Shown here piece after piece: positions 24,883 to 37,518 of a DNA stretch of 64,000 nucleotides (the first letter of the stretch is position 1; each line of letters opens with the position of its first letter). Source of the DNA: Octopus sinensis (Eukaryota); NCBI RefSeq assembly GCF_006345805.1, contig NC_043006.1, positions 100,874,001 through 100,938,000 on the forward strand. The letters run 5' to 3'. Below the pieces are notes generated by a model. It saw only the letters and a list, made by a program, of their open reading frames with translations. It was not told the origin of the DNA and did not search any database. The position numbers and the translations under genes are program-made.

Positions 24883-27800
24883 TGTGTGTGTGTGTGTTTA
24901 TATCTCTTTGCTTCATGACTAGTGTTGATTTGTTTGGTTCTAGAGACCTACCAGTTCGGCTAAAAGGGAGCGACATAATCAGTACTACACCTAAAACTAA
25001 ATACTTGGATCGATCAATTCTTTCAATGCTAAACTCTTCAAAACAACAACTGAAACAAGTGTAAGGGGCATTGGCCGGTCCGGTGCTATGGTTGAAATCA
25101 GTTGCCCAAGTTACAGCGCAGTAAGATTGAACCCGAATCCGAAACTACGTGGTTTCAAAGAGTTCCGAGGTGGTTATATCAATGCATACCAGTTCCGCTA
25201 ATGCATTTATGTAGCCGTTTCTTTTATTTTCCATTGTAATTACTAAATTAATTGAAATAGTTAGCACCCTACACTTGTAGTTATTTCATCAAAACAGTGC
25301 TGCTGTTGCTGCTGTTGCACAGGTGTGGAGTTAAGGATTTCACTTCACAGTCTATGGTTCCAGGTTCGCTCTCACTGTGTGATAGTTTGAGCGCCTATCT
25401 TCAGTTACATACACGAGTTGATCTAATCCTTTTCGATGAACATGAATAGATCTTAAAAGCATCTCGGACTCATTCTACAATATATATCCGGTTTATTGAG
25501 AAAAACTCACACACTCCGACCCCCCGTGCAGGACTCTGTTTCTTCTACTCTTAGGACTGACGCTTTTGTTCATCTGCCTGCGTACCACCTTTAACTTGAT
25601 CTACTCGATGTCCCCGCCTTGCCTTCTTTCATGAAACTGTCTCATTTTTCAAACGCCGCTCTAAGTACTTTACCTAACCATTCTTTGCTAAAGCCCATCA
25701 GAATTTCTTCTCAGTATGTAATTTTCATACATGTGTCAATCTCCAGACGTTCTACCGAATTTCAGTATCATCAATCCTGACATTTTATGAGGACCCACAA
25801 TGTTCCTGAAAGAGATTCTTCATCTTTTGACAAAATAATAATTTCAAACATAGGTACACGTTTTTTGGTGAGGAAGGTACAGGCGATTGAATCGCCCCCA
25901 ATTCAAACTCGGCATTTTATTTTTTCAGTCCCGTTGTTATAAAGATCAAAATTGACTTCGGCAATATTTGAACTTTGGACGCTCAAAATATTCTATTAAT
26001 CCATCTCCACTCCGAGAAAATGACAATAAAATGAAACTGGATAATGCACAAAATTCCGCAATTTGCCGCAGTCACTGCCACTACGAAAGTTAGCAACTAC
26101 AGTAAGCACTTTTTAATTAAGCATATGGCGTCAAGTAATTTACCTTGGGACATGACAGAACACTTACTGTGCTATATATTAATTGATGAATATTTATGCT
26201 TCATTACTTTGTAAAACGCAAACTCATATTCAAAATTTACATAGCCTTGAGAGATGGGATTTATGTTAGACGGAAATTAGATTATGTGACGCTTCTTTTT
26301 TTCTTGTAAATTTGTTCAAGAGAAGAGTGAGTGCTGATGTCCTTAGCAGCACCTCGAAGACTTCCTCTGGTGAGACAGTGATTGAGTCATCAGAGCTTTG
26401 GATAGATTGTCTTGCATTATTTAGTTTGACTCTATGTAGTCAGAGTTCAAATGACACTGAAGTCAACTTTAACTTTCTTCCTTTAGGAGTCAGCAAAATT
26501 GTTCCAATCTGTGGGAGCGAATTGACGGATCTGCAAGAAATCTAGACCGAATGTATTATATTTGTCTTGTTACATTGTCCTATATATCTGTCCTGTTTTT
26601 TGTGTGTGTATCTTGTGTGTGCGATTTCAAATCGCACCATGGCCTACTTGCGTTATAGACTTAATCCGTCAACCGTCTTAACACCACTAACTGTCACCTT
26701 AGCTACTTTTAGTGGAATCCAGTCTAATACAAGCATTCCGGCCACGTCTCTGTTTTAAGAATAATTTTCAGCCAGCGGTGTTTGGAGACCCTGAAAAACC
26801 TATGATGACTACCTTCTCCTCCTGAATAAAAGATACAGAAGTCGTACTGGTTTCACATTTTGGCAGGAAAGCAGCAATTTCGAGGGAGGGGGCAAGTCGA
26901 TTACATCAACTTTAATTGTTCAATTAGTACTTATTTTATCAATCCCGAGAGGGTGAAAGACAAAGTCGATCTCGGGGGAATTTGAACTCAGAACTTAAAG
27001 ACGGACAAAATGCCCCTTAAAATTTTGCCCGGTGCGATAACGATTCTGTCAGCTCACCACCTTACAGATAAAGAAGACATAGTGGTTTCAATTTTTGGCG
27101 TAAGGCCAGCAATTGGACCCCAAGGTTCAAGGTGAACATATTTTACCGACTCCAAAAAGATGAAAGGCGAAGTCGATCTCGGCGAAATTTGAACTAAGAA
27201 CGGAAATATGGACAAAATGCTGCTGAGTATTTTGCCCAGTATGCTAGGACCGCTGCAAGCCCATCACCTTGAAGATATAGAAGCCATGTTAATAATATAA
27301 ATGAAATATACTAATTCCCACCAAAAATTGAAGCCGTTTCTTGTCTCATCCGGTCAGGATTACACCACTTGGTTCGAAATATGTATGCATGTATGGATAT
27401 GTGGTAATGAAGTTCGCTTCTGAATCTAGGGGCGTCAGGCTTGATCTCACTGTGTGGCACGTATTCTCATAACCTTATTATAGACACAAGTATCTTCTAT
27501 CAAGGACTCAAGTCGCCACAAGCCTTGTGAGTGAACTGGTGAGTATACGGTAACTATCCGCAATTCGTCGGGTTGGCTGCTCAATATACATATGTTTGTG
27601 TGAGTGCGTGTGCGTATGGGTAACTGTGTATATACGATGAGTTTCATTTCCTTTTCTATTTTATTCTTCAACCATATTCTACACACAAACACTACAGTTA
27701 ACAACACTTGCCTAAAGTGCCGCGCAGTGGGAATCGAACATGTAACCACATGGTTTGCAAAGCGAATTTCTTATGTACACAGCTATACCTGCCACTGTAA

Positions 27801-29722
27801 AAAGGAATTGTGAGATTTTCTGACGTCCACTCCTCATGAACATTTATAGAGTAAACGAAGCGAAACAGCTGTAATCGCGAGATGACACCATTTATAAAAA
27901 AAAAACAGATGATGCTTACAAATAAAAAAAAAGCAGAGACAGTATAGATATATGTTATGTCAAAGAAGAATATTTTATTTATTTGTTTTTATTTCTTCTA
28001 GTTATCAAGTCGAACATAATGGCTGTTACAGTTCCATACTCTCGTTCCAAATAATTAGCTATAGAAGTTAGTTTAAATCATTATCTTATATTCTTTAGTA
28101 AATTCGTTGATTATTCTCTGAAGAATCTCTTGACATCTGACTTCTCCAGTAGAAATTATCAGTCATTTTAATCGCTTTTGTTCTTCTCAATACAAAATGG
28201 ACTATCGTTTTAATTATGCTTGAGGCTATGGAAAGGTCTTTTAGTGTACTTTAGAAGTTGATTTGGTGAGAAGTTGTTCAGCTTCTTAGACTACTTAAAT
28301 GTCATTCATAGCGTGAAAGAGTTCAACTAGATATGTAGGATGATATTGTAAATTAAGAAGCGGTCCTGGTGTTTATCATAATTTAGCGGAAAGATTTGCC
28401 TTAGAGGTTAAAAGTTTATTAACTTCTCCAACCAGCTGAACAAATTAATAAAAATATTTTATTTTATATTACTTCCTTAAAGATATGTCTTTAGTTTGGT
28501 TTTAATAATCACAATATTGATTTCTTTGTCACTAACAACTATTGTCTAATCGATTGGATTGATGTCACGATAATACTAGTACTTATTTGATCGACCTCGG
28601 AAGAATGAAAGGTAAAAATATTGTTGGTCGGCGCTGGAAGTGGCGGAAGTAAACACAGAGAAATAACGTATTTAGTCGATAGATCTACTCACTCGGCTAG
28701 TTTTTACACTCTCATAATTAGTTAATTGATTTTTAAAGTTTGATTATACATACGCCTGATTTAGCATGAGTGGAATATATAGCTAATTAAATTGACCAAT
28801 TACTGGTACTAATTTTATAAGTCCTGGAGGAAAGAAAGAAGCGGAGGTTTCAAGGATTGAGTCCTCTACTCTGACGAATATATGTAACCTACGACCGGAG
28901 TTGTTGGTGGGGGAACCTGCATTGATAACTAAAATACTTAACATTCAAAGGGTTGACTGCATCTTGTGAATGATTAACACAGGGCAAAATTAACAAACAG
29001 TTCTAAGCAACAATACTATCGAAATGAAGAGTGATTCTTTCTTTTTCACTACTGTGGATAATTTGCTCGTCTGTATAGCTGGTAGAAGGATTAAGCCCCT
29101 CCAAGCTACTTTACCCATAGGTGGATGGGGTCAGACTCGTTCGGCTTTGTGGCCGGAATGTAGTATATACTCGATCTCCTGAACCGGTCAGAGACAATTA
29201 TTCTGAAATATCTTATCCATAATTTAGATCAAAATGAACAGATAACGAGCGCCAACATTTTTTATTAGCAATAAAGAAAGGAAAGAATATGTGGTGCGAG
29301 TAAAATTACTGTAACGAGAAGTTACATCCACATAATGGAGTCGTCTTAAGTAAGAATCCTTAGAGAGTGAACGATGATAGAAATTGTCCAAATAAATGCT
29401 TGCAGACCAACGTTTGATAGAAAGCTTGCACCGTTTCGGATGTAAAACTTTTCAATATCTTTTATATATCACTAGAATACATTCGAACAAACGCGTAATT
29501 AGAAATTAAAACCAGCTTCCGGTTCGCTTGACGTCTATAGAGAAAGTGATTTGAAAACATGTCACGTGTTTCAGTATTTGGATTTCTATGCTCCTTTGTC
29601 GTAATCTTCTTTTTCATTGCGTAAGATAACAAAAGATTCCTTAAGGTTCACTGATTTGACGATTTTAATCAAACTTCGTGTCAGCTCTGAGCATGTACTA
29701 GCGATGTATAGTCTACAGAGTA

Positions 29723-29915
29723 GGGCGGCGAGTTGTCAGGATTGTTAGCACACCGGGGAACGTGATTAGCGGCATTTCTTTACGCTCTGAGTTCATATTC
29801 TGCCGAGGTCGACTTTTCCTTTCGTCTTCTCAGGGTCGATAAATTAAGTACCAGTTGAGCACTGTGGTCGATATAATCGCCCTCTCCGAAATTGCTGGAC
29901 TTGTGCCAAAAGTGG
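29723..29915 (+). mobile_element. Family A SINE
   Basis: Head and core match. Confidence 0.8.
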
Positions 29916-30113
29916 AAAACGATATATATATATTACAGAATATTTTAAAATAAAATAATAACTTATTTAGTATAATTGAACCTTAAGCTGGACAAAACAT
30001 TGATATAGGTCGTATGTTTGACACCCCTGTTCTAAGCAGACGTTCATCAAACTATAAATAGCACCCGAATTTTCCTAAACTCAGACCCACCAGTGTTACT
30101 ATTATTATTATTA

Positions 30114-30758
30114 AGGTCACTGCTTGTAATCGAACTCAGAATCTTGGGGTTAGTAGCCCGCGCTCTTAACCATTACACCATATGTCCGTGAACAATTATG
30201 AACTGAATTTTACAGTTTATAAATCTAATATTTTCCTGTCCTTCCTTTTTGCCGGTTCCCATATGCTACTCATATCTGCACTCGGAATGCTCAGGAGGCT
30301 ATTCTGTCCTAGCATATGTGCTGCTTCTTTTAGTTTCCGTATTTTCCAGTAGTGTCTATTATTTTAACTTCATCCCACAGGGGGAGGTGGTCTCCGTTTT
30401 TCCATATATGATCAGCTATAGCCGATTTATCAATATCTCCTCGTGTCACAGCTTTGCGATGTTCGTCTACCCTCATTTTGAGGGGGCGGCATGTTTCGCC
30501 TTTGTATAACCTACCACAATTGCATGGAATGGAGTACACGCAGTTTTGGGTCATATTCTCTTCTACTTGTGGTTTTACTCGAAGGAGATATTTGCGAAGT
30601 GCTGTATTAATACAACGCTTCGCAAATATCTTAGCAGAAAAAATACCTTAGGAATTAGAATCCATGAAGGCTGGACGGTATCTCAGCCGAATCGTTGTGT
30701 GGACAACAGACAAGATGAGGACAAATATCCATCATTGTAAATAGTGTAAATAATGTAA

Positions 30759-30760
<2 letters not shown>
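30114..30760 (-). mobile_element. Penelope/Poseidon-type element remnant: GIY-YIG pseudogene, tRNA-like 3' segment, inverted hammerhead-bearing terminal repeat
   Basis: ORF 30330..30554: CVYSIPCNCGRLYKGETCRPLKMRVDEHRK...SAIADHIW (GIY-YIG); tRNA-like 30114-30190 on minus; + strand 30636-30760 matches 23678-23810. Confidence 0.85.
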
Positions 30761-30824
<64 letters not shown>

Positions 30825-30827
<3 letters not shown>

Positions 30828-31487
30828 GCTGCTCAAGGTTTCATCCTGGCTGCTCAAGATCAAAGCCTATTAACCCGGAACTACCAGGCCAATGTGATGA
30901 AAAATGGAGCAGACCCAAAATGCCGATTCTGCAACGACATGATTGAAACAGTGGACCACCTAATCTCTGGATGTAAAGTCTTAGCACCAGTGGAGTATAA
31001 ATTAAGACATGACAGAGTTGGCCAATATCTCCACTGGCTAATAAGTCGGCATTACAATATCAAAACTGCCGACAAGTGGTATAATCACCACCCTGAGGCT
31101 GTAACTGAAGGAGAAAATGTAACCATTCTGTGGGACTTTCCAGTACATACAGACCGAACCATCAAGGCCAATAAACCAGATATTGTTGTGAAAGACCAAA
31201 ACAATAAAGTTTGCTTATTGATCGACATGAGCATCCCCTGTGATCATAATATCTCAGCGAAAGAGTTTGACAAGCTCAGAAAATATAAAGACATACTCAT
31301 TGAAATTGAGAAAATGTGGCATCTCAAGGCGGTTACAATACCAGTGATCGTAGGAGCACTAGGAATGATCAAGAAGGGAACCGAAAATTATATGAGAATG
31401 ATCCCTGGCTTACCATCCCTGCAAGAAGTGCAAAAGATTGTCTTAACTGGTACATCACACGTATTGAGAAGAGCATTGTCGATGTGA
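30825..31487 (+). CDS. C-terminal CCHC Zn knuckle plus restriction-like endonuclease fragment of an R4/Dong ORF (not an independent gene)
   Basis: AAQDQSL.TRNY, CRFC...ETVDHLISGC, RHD, KPDIVV, IDMSIP, K..KY, IPVIVGALG motifs; the ATG arises at the microsatellite junction. Confidence 0.85.
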
Positions 31488-31665
31488 GAACTGTTGCTGC
31501 TCATGTATCTTAATTTAACTTTAAAAAAAAATTTTAAAAAAAAAATGAACGAACTATTGAGTTTGGTTTAATGGCCTACCAATGTATACTATGAGTTTCT
31601 TTGCCCTAGGAGTCGGGAAGACACTCGGCAAGAAATGGAAGCAAATTTGAAAGAAGAAAAAAAAA

Positions 31666-31666
<1 letters not shown>
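30825..31666 (+). mobile_element. 5'-truncated R4/Dong-clade non-LTR retrotransposon inserted in (TAA)n
   Basis: Uninterrupted 220-aa frame, 3' UTR ending in an A-rich tail, (AAT)n on both sides (30763-30824, 31667-31696). Confidence 0.9.
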
Positions 31667-31696
<30 letters not shown>

Positions 31697-31698
31697 GA

Positions 31699-32254
31699 TG
31701 CCCTGATGCAGTACCAGGCAGTGGCTCTCATGGCTTCTGATCTTAACTGATTGGAAGTGTTATCATGTACATTGTTTTGTCTTGGTATAAAAGATAGGCT
31801 ACAGCAAATATTCTGCTCAATACCACAGATTTGCTTGTCAGTTGTTTGACCTTAACCAGTTGAGCATGTCCCTTAATGGCTGACGATATATGCATACCTG
31901 ATCACGAGTAGAAGTAGTGAGGGAGCATCATAGCCACGTGTTGAGAGGAATTCTTTGGGGTTTGAATAGTTCACCTCTGGAAACATGGGTGGTTCTTTCA
32001 ACATCCTTAAACAACCCTTATTCAGGCACCTTTCGAGTGGGATGGGCTACTCAACCTGAAGAAAATCCTAACTGGGCCCTACCTGCAAGGTCATGTGCTG
32101 TTTATCTTGATATGAGATCACCATGTCGCGCACATATGGTTGTGATGCATGTGCCTGGTGTACCCTTATCGGGCGGGTAGTCATGATGGGTATACTGGGC
32201 TTCGTATATTTTACCCCAGTGTCACTTTGATGGCAAGCACTGCTCTCTCACTCA
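31699..32254 (+). mobile_element. 556-bp non-coding element (TG...CA) in (AAT)n, copy 1
   Basis: Same length, ends and highly similar sequence as 60671-61226; strand is nominal. Confidence 0.9.
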
Positions 32255-32272
32255 ATAATAATAATGATAATA

Positions 32273-32305
<33 letters not shown>

Positions 32306-32309
32306 TTGT

Positions 32310-32354
<45 letters not shown>

Positions 32355-32440
32355 CGATGATGATGATGATGATGGCGACGAGAACGACAACGATGATGGT
32401 GATGATGGGAAGAAGAACAGCGAGAACAACAAGAACAACT
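32255..32440. repeat. (AAT)n to (GAT)n compound microsatellite
   Basis: Read directly. Confidence 0.95.
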
Positions 32441-33198
32441 AGAATCAAAGAGAAAGAGATACTACATCTATCTTTCGAGAACTTGTAGGTTTCGTACAGC
32501 TTTAGATCATAGGTGTTGATTATATGGAATATTTTACTGAACACTGACATGCAAAGATCTACTTTTATTAAAATTCTTATGTTTCTAATTCAACTCTACT
32601 TGCATAATTTATCAAAGAAGTCATCTTAACAGAGCCGTTGCCGCCGCAGCAGAATGGTGCACGATAGAATATAATTAATTCATCATCGGCATAGCCATGG
32701 CACCGATATCAGTCACTCCAAGTTGACTATCATTATCTTATAAAGTGAACACCTGTTCATGAGTTCTTGCAAAATGACAGAGCATGCTGCATTGTCGTTG
32801 GATAGTTTTAGATTAGCAATCGAGATTCAAAAGCAATAACAAGAAGAACGACAAGAGGAGAGAGAATGCATAGAGGTCTGTTGTCTGCGCGTACACAAGC
32901 ACAGATATAGAAGTGTTGTTAGTAGGCCTAATACAACACCTAGCTTAAAAACCATTTAGAAAGCCTCTATTTATTTTCTATTTTACCCTTTTTTTTTTTT
33001 TTTTGGTCAGGTGGGAAGCTAATACACATGACAGGTTTCAGGGCCTCTGCGACTGCTTGGAGTGAGTGAGGTACCTTTAAACCGGAAATTTGGTCCGAGT
33101 GCATGCAGCAGAGTGGATTCGTTTATGACACCCGACTGCTCTGGTTGTGGTGTTAAAACGGGTGATAGACTGTTTATGAAGTAGCTTGAAATGGTAGA

Positions 33199-33500
33199 GT
33201 GGAAGCACATGGCCTAGTGGTTAGAGCAGCGGACTCGCGGTCGAGGGATCGCGGGTTCGAATCTCAGACCGGGTGATGTGTGTGTTTATGAGCGAAACAC
33301 CTAAAGCTCCACGCAGCTCCAGCAGAAGGTAATGGCGAAACTTCTGCTGACTCTTTCGCCCAATTTTCTCTCACTCTTTCCTCCTGCATCTTGCAGCTCA
33401 CCTGCGACGGACCGGCGTCCCATCCAGGTGGGGAACTTATACGCCAAGGAATCCGGGAAACCGGACCTTATGAGCCAGGCATGGATCGAGAAGGAACAAC
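33199..33500 (+). mobile_element. SINE with a family C-like head and a different tail, 11-bp TSD
   Basis: TSD GAAATGGTAGA at 33188-33198 and 33501-33511; head and middle resemble 17896-18286; tail CCTGCGACGGACCGGCGTCCCATCCAGG...GAACAAC. Confidence 0.88.
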
Positions 33501-33945
33501 GAAATGGTAGATATAGATGTCAAATTTCCTCTAAAAGCGTATTATTGTCTTAAATAAAGAGATATATTGAAGAAGCATTACTACAAATAGGTGACAATCA
33601 CAGCTGGGACACCTTTTGCCATATCTCTGCTTGAACATGGCTGACACAGATCTAAATAAGAGGTCAAGTCAAGTATGGGATATGCAACGTTGCAGGGCGT
33701 CGCTGCAACCACCTTTTGTTGGTATTTGCTGAGGTTGTCCCGGGCAGCCCTCCGAGCAATGTTCCAGTCAGTCCTCTATCTCTGCCAGATTCTGCTTCTT
33801 TATTCGCCGTGACCATGTGGCATGTGGCCGACCAACACGAGCCGTCAACGCAACCGAATCCCCAGAGAAGAGAAAATGATAATTCATATATATTTTGAAT
33901 TATTTAGTATTCCTATATAAATCTACAGAATAGTATAGAATTAAT

Positions 33946-34297
33946 GGTTCCGGGTTCAGTCCCACTGCGTGGCACCTTGGGCAAGTGTCTTCTACTATAG
34001 CCCCGGGCTGACCAATGGCTTGTGAGTGGATTTGGTAGACGGAAACTGAAAGAAGACTGTCGTATATATGTATATATGTATATGTATGTGTGTGTGTTTG
34101 TGTGTCTGTGTTTGTCCCCCTAGCATTGCTTGACAACCGATGCTGGTGTGTTTACGTCCCCGTCACTTAGCGGTTCAGCAAAAGAGACCGATAGAATAAG
34201 TACTGGGCTTACAAAGAATAAGTCCCGGGGTCGATTTGCTCGACTAAAGGCGGTGCTCCAGCATGGCCGCAGTCAAATGACTGAAACAAGTAAAGAG
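33946..34297 (+). mobile_element. Family B SINE, 5'-truncated
   Basis: Close match to 12348-12700. Confidence 0.9.
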
Positions 34298-35510
34298 TAT
34301 ACGTCTTATATTTTTTTTAAATCTGGACGATCACATATAACATGTTTTCTGCTCCAGAACCTTTGTTTTGAGGACTGTATCTCACTTCAGGCGGTGTAAG
34401 CGAAAGAAACTATAATATTCTCCAGTCCATGTCTAACTTAACAACAATAACTTGTAAAGTCTTTTAAACTATATTTTCGAACAACATGATCTATGTGATT
34501 ACGAAAGTGTTGCTGTCCGAAATGCATTGAGGTCCCATTGTTTTGTCTGGTATCTCTTAGAGGAACTTTTCAGATACCGTTTGAAATTTATGAGATATAT
34601 TTAATGATAGTATTGAATAACGCAGATAAAAAAAATTATATTAATAATTCGTGTCACGATATTCTAACGTGATGTGAGTACGATTTTTGTATGAGTCGTA
34701 TGGCATAGGGGCCCAGTCTTAGGTAAGTTTTAAGCTTGATGAATCGTTGGTGGAATATATTTCCACTTGTATAACTAATGTAGCTCTCACGGTAGTTTTG
34801 GTGAGAATTATGTCTGAGTGTTTTGAGGCAATCCCAGTTATTAGGGCTTTTTTATGCAACGTATTTATTTTTTACTGATTGACCTCTTTGTGTACAACAA
34901 ATTTCTTAATATTTTTTTTAGATTTTCTTCCCACTTTACGTTCTCAGTTCAAATTCCACCGACGTCGACTTTATCTTTCATCTTCTCGGGGTCGATAAAA
35001 TAAGTTCCAGTTGAGCACTGGGGTCGGTGTCATCGACTAACACCCTCCCTCGATACTTCTGGACTTGAGTCAAAATTTGAAGCAAAAAAAAAAGCGTAGA
35101 GAAAACATGAATGATGTCATCAGGTTTTCTCGAGTATAAAATTCTAAGAATCCCTGAACACATCCCACAGGTCATACTGATTATATTATTAATCGGATGA
35201 TCCTACCTTAGTCTGTTATCAACAGTTACACAACTTGGTCTCTAATACTATTTGACACCATGGAATACTCTCAGCCACTTTTCAAAGTAAATGGCTGGAA
35301 TGTTTTCCTCGTTTAGCAGCCTTTTCTTCGCTCATTGGCGTTCTGTAACTTAGAATTATTTTTGATGTCATTTATGTAAATGAATGAAGAGGTGTGGGCC
35401 CAAGTGGGTATCATATGTTAGCAAAGCACTTCAGTAAGTGGAAATTGCCAAGATGGGTTTCGCGTAGAAGGCTAAAGCGGCGTTCAACAATCTAAACCTC
35501 ACAGTTGTTG

Positions 35511-35888
35511 GCACTCCGTTGGTTATGACGACGAGGGTTCCAGTTGATCCGATCAACGGAATAGCCTGGTCGGGAAATTAACGTGCAAATGACTGAGCAC
35601 TCCACAGACACGTGTACCCTTAACATAGTTCTTGGTGGAGATTCAGCGTCACACAGAGTGTGAAAAGGCTGACCCTTTGAAATATAGGTACAACAGAAAC
35701 AGGAAGATAGAGTGAGAGAAAGTTGAAGTGAAAGAGTACAGCAGGGTTCACTACCCACCCATGCCAGAGCCTCCTAGAGCTTTAGGTTTTTCACTCGATA
35801 AACATTCACAACACCGGTCTGGGAATCGAAACTGCGATCCTACGACTGCAAGTCCGCTTCCCTAACCACTGGGCCATTGCGCGTCCAC
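35511..35888 (-). mobile_element. Family C SINE
   Basis: Match to 17896-18286. Confidence 0.9.
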
Positions 35889-36140
35889 CAAACCTCATTA
35901 TAAGAAATCTTATATATCTGAAACAAGAGGCAGTGTTAAGGCGATGGGTGGACTTTGTGCTACTACGATAGAGAGCAGTCTTTGCATGTTTGTCTTTATT
36001 GTGAAGAATGTAAATATCTCCTACAAGAACTCCGGACCGACCAATAACTTGTGAGTGAAACTGGTACACGGAAACTGTGTGGAATCCTGTCGCGTGTGTG
36101 TATGTGTGTGTGCGTGTGTATTTGTGTGTGTATTTATGAA

Positions 36141-36208
<68 letters not shown>

Positions 36209-36876
36209 TATATATATATATATATATATGTATGTGTATGTATGTCTTTGTGTCTGTGTTTGTTCATCCTCCAGCGCTTGACAATCGATGTTGTGTTGTT
36301 AATGTTCCAGCAACCTAAAGTACTAGGACCGATTTATTCGATCCAACCCCCTCCAGGCGGTGCCACAATATGGCCGTAGTCAAATCACTCAAACGATCAA
36401 AAGAAATAAAAGAAAAGTAAAACAATAATTAAGAGTTTCATGAATCTTAGTATGTGTAAGCTATACTAAAATCCTCAAATATTAATGTTATTGTGTGAAT
36501 TCATATAGAGTCGAGTATCTGCTGCTGGGTCGCTTCAATTCTCGGCTGCAACGTTAAACGTTACTTCGCTTTCACTTTTGCATCGGAAAGCGAAGTCGTA
36601 TCGGGACTTCCGGCAACATAATTTTTGCTTCTTTCTGCTATTTTGGGGATATGGTTAAACTTTTGTCAAAATAGACGAGGGCAGTTCGAGTCTCGAACTT
36701 GTTTTGTTTGAAGTAATTCTTTGTGAGGGAATACACAAGAAACAAACATTTGTTTATTTGTAACTCAATATCAAATATGGCGCAGGAAGAATAATGATTT
36801 ATTTGTTGTAAAAAATAAAAAAAGGAAAAAGTTTCTAGTCCAAATCGATTTTAATGACCGAACAACTTCTGCGTGT

Positions 36877-36927
<51 letters not shown>

Positions 36928-36939
36928 TGTGTGTGTGTG

Positions 36940-36972
<33 letters not shown>

Positions 36973-37318
36973 AAATAAAGGTGATTATTTGGACTTCGTC
37001 ATCAAGAAATTTATAGTTAAACTAATGGAGTCTGACTCTGACACATATTCCTAAATACCAACGATTCAAAACTTTGCGTGCAAAGTATTCCGTCAATTGA
37101 ACACTTCTGGTTTGTGCTGCTGACCGGCAGAGTATGTTTATGTATTTAAAAGCTTTCAGCGATAACGAACACTCCATTGAAGCAGTTCCAGAGAAGCTTT
37201 AAAATACTGCACCAGCATTCAACTCAGAGTACACGCTTACTTGACAGAAACAGTGATAACGTAATATCTCTTCTTTTGTCGTACATTAACTCTCTCTCTC
37301 TCACATACACACACACAA

Positions 37319-37384
<66 letters not shown>

Positions 37385-37480
37385 CGGGAAGCTTTATGAA
37401 AATAAACAAAAGACAAAGGCAGGTGGAATACAAACAAACAATTGTATTAGTATGGCGCTCAGGAATATAAATAAAACAAG

Positions 37481-37518
37481 TCTTTAACGTTTCGAGCCTA
37501 CGCTCTTCAACAGAAAGA
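37481..37518 (-). ncRNA. Minimal hammerhead with variant core CUGUUGA in a short microsatellite-flanked element (about 37385-37592)
   Basis: TCTTT-CTGTTGA-A-GAGC GTAG GCTC-GAAACGTT-AAAGA; stems I and II perfect. Confidence 0.7.

Noticed and set aside
32149-32550. Poly-Asp/Ser/Met/Ile ORFs
   Set aside because: Translations of the (GAT)n microsatellite
33680-33865. Possible LINE 3' coding fragment on the minus strand
   Set aside because: Too short and decayed to assign by eye
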